Shown: piece after piece, positions 62,784-64,000 of the stretch
Layout: each line of letters opens with the position of its first letter
How positions within the stretch are numbered: the stretch's first letter is position 1
Assembly: GCA_947458275.1 (NCBI GenBank)
Contig: CANGYR010000012.1
Location: 1,372-65,371 of the forward strand
Direction of reading: 5' to 3'
DNA length: 64,000 bases
Source: Chitinophagaceae bacterium
GTDB lineage: Bacteria > Bacteroidota > Bacteroidia > Chitinophagales > Chitinophagaceae
Position numbers and translations under genes: made by a program
Notes under the pieces: model-generated
Seen by the model: the letters and a program-made list of their open reading frames with translations, nothing else
Databases searched by the model: none
What the model was told of the DNA's origin: nothing

Positions 62784-64000
62784 ATGCAAACAGCAGTTAA
62801 GACTTCTGACATGCAAGACCAGCAAGTGAAAAGTACCATGAGCGGCAGCAAAGCTGTCATGGAGGCGTTGGTAGCTGAAAAGACAGAAATCATTTTTGGT
62901 TATCCTGGTGGTGCCATCATGCCTATCTATGATGCGTTGTATGATTATCATGCTCAGCTCAAACATATTTTGGTACGTCATGAGCAAGGTGCTATTCATG
63001 CGGCACAGGGCTATGCAAGGGTAAGCGGCAAAACAGGAGTGGTGTTTGCTACCAGCGGACCGGGTGCTACTAACCTCATAACGGGATTGGCAGATGCAAT
63101 GATTGATTCTACGCCGCTGGTTTGCATTACTGGGCAAGTATTTGCTCATCTGTTGGGTACAGATGCTTTTCAGGAAGTGGATGTTATGAATATCACAACA
63201 CCGGTAACTAAATGGAATTATCAGGTAACAGATGCGAATGAGATTCCTTCGGTGTTGTCAAAGGCATTTTATATCGCATCAAGCGGACGTCCCGGTCCCG
63301 TGTTGATTGACATCACCAAAAATGCACAGCTGCAGGAATTTGAATACGAAGGGTATGAAAAATGTAATCATATCAGAAGTTACAGACCCAAGCCGGTGGT
63401 GCGTTCTGAGTATATTGAGAAAGCTGCTGAATTGATCAACAATGCACAGAAGCCATTCGTCATTTTTGGTCAGGGAGTCATACTCGGAAATGCGGAGGCA
63501 GAGTTTAAAGCTTTTATTGAAAAAGGTGGACTTCCTGCGGCATGGACCATCATGGGAATGAGTGCATTGCCCACGAATCACCCGCTCGGAGTGGGGATGC
63601 TCGGCATGCACGGCAATTACGGCCCCAATTTGCTCACCAACGAATGTGATGTGTTGATTGCAGTAGGCATGCGCTTTGATGACCGCGTTACAGGCAGACT
63701 GGATAAATATGCCAAACAGGCGAAAGTGATTCATCTTGATATTGATCCCTCGGAAATAGATAAAAATGTAAAAACGACGGTTCCTGTTTGGGGGGATTGT
63801 AAAGAAACACTGCCTGCTTTGGCCAACCTTTTGAAAGAGAAGAAACATGTCGACTGGTTAAATAAATTCAAGGAGTGCGAAGAAAAAGAAAAATCCATGT
63901 GCGTAGATGCTGAATTGAATCCCAATACCGATGTGCTTACCATGGGGGAGGTGATTGCAACGCTCAACGAATTGACTGATGGCAAAGCCATTGTAGTTAC
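62784..64000 (+). CDS. ilvB: Acetolactate synthase (AHAS) large subunit, N-terminal 405 codons; it continues beyond the window
   Basis: Hand translation of frame 3 from the ATG at 62784 is open to nt 64000: ...GYPGGAIMPIYDAL...RHEQGAIHAAQGYARVSGKTGVVFATSGPGATNLITGLADAMIDSTPLVCITGQV...MLGMHG. It is absent from the ORF track because no stop lies in the window. The start could instead be the ATG at 62838. Confidence 0.9.
   Translation, partial: MQTAVKTSDMQDQQVKSTMSGSKAVMEALVAEKTEIIFGYPGGAIMPIYDALYDYHAQLKHILVRHEQGAIHAAQGYARVSGKTGVVFATSGPGATNLITGLADAMIDSTPLVCITGQVFAHLLGTDAFQEVDVMNITTPVTKWNYQVTDANEIPSVLSKAFYIASSGRPGPVLIDITKNAQLQEFEYEGYEKCNHIRSYRPKPVVRSEYIEKAAELINNAQKPFVIFGQGVILGNAEAEFKAFIEKGGLPAAWTIMGMSALPTNHPLGVGMLGMHGNYGPNLLTNECDVLIAVGMRFDDRVTGRLDKYAKQAKVIHLDIDPSEIDKNVKTTVPVWGDCKETLPALANLLKEKKHVDWLNKFKECEEKEKSMCVDAELNPNTDVLTMGEVIATLNELTDGKAIVV

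Noticed and set aside
1-64000. Scan for tRNA, rRNA, tmRNA, known riboswitch cores, transposases, integrases and phage or defence genes
   Set aside because: By eye I found no tRNA T-arm/acceptor patterns (no GGTTCGAATCC-like boxes in non-coding DNA), no rRNA-like stretches, and no ORFs with recombinase, nuclease-ATPase or other defence-type motifs. A tRNAscan, Infernal and DefenseFinder run would be needed to be certain.

Overview
The window looks like a Bacteroidota chromosomal segment. It has a T9SS type-B C-terminal sorting domain, TAnnTTTG-type -7 promoter motifs, many TTG/GTG starts and no Shine-Dalgarno signal. I support 53 protein-coding genes, two of them running off the window edges. 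One of those, ilvB at the 3' end, is absent from the ORF track. I saw no rRNA, tRNA, CRISPR array, transposase, integrase, phage or recognisable defence gene. In order the window holds: a T9SS cargo tail and an orphan MbnP-like gene (1-1345); a FIST / multi-PAS histidine kinase / NarL-type regulator operon (1813-6407); ppsA; a PAS kinase with a REC-Crp/Fnr fusion regulator; hsp20 and an ABC-F ATPase; a mosaic polysaccharide locus (16069-27870: Wza-like exporter, very AT-rich flippase, rfbB, rfbA, acetyltransferase, GT2, epimerase, DegT aminotransferase, initiating sugar transferase); a MerR/B12 plus ECF-sigma pair ahead of a seven-gene carotenoid operon (27939-35736); an orphan kinase paralog; a TetR-controlled TolC/MFP/RND efflux operon; DUF502; an 800-bp non-coding island; a Zn-hydrolase; serC-DUF1015; a minus-strand operon ending in tsaC(Sua5) and an SbtA-like permease; and a leuACDB-ilvE-ilvD-ilvB operon. 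The least explained material is non-coding. First, there is a family of cassette-like elements bounded by inverted arrays of 8-10-bp GTT(T/G)A(G/A) micro-repeats. Two are ORF-less and exactly bracket the FIST operon, one carries an Avd/23S-IVS-type four-helix-bundle gene wedged between rfbB and rfbA, and one is a lone array. Second, there are two collinear ATCCAAT-rich modules that each end in an intrinsic terminator and are candidate paralogous sRNAs. Third, there are TTTAAA-centred perfect palindromes. Gene-context oddities include a bicarbonate-permease homolog co-operonic with the bicarbonate-consuming t6A enzyme, DUF1015 sitting where serA is expected, a LeuA lacking the feedback domain, and a LitR/LitS-like pair ahead of the crt genes. 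All functional calls come from motif recognition by eye and none was checked against a database.
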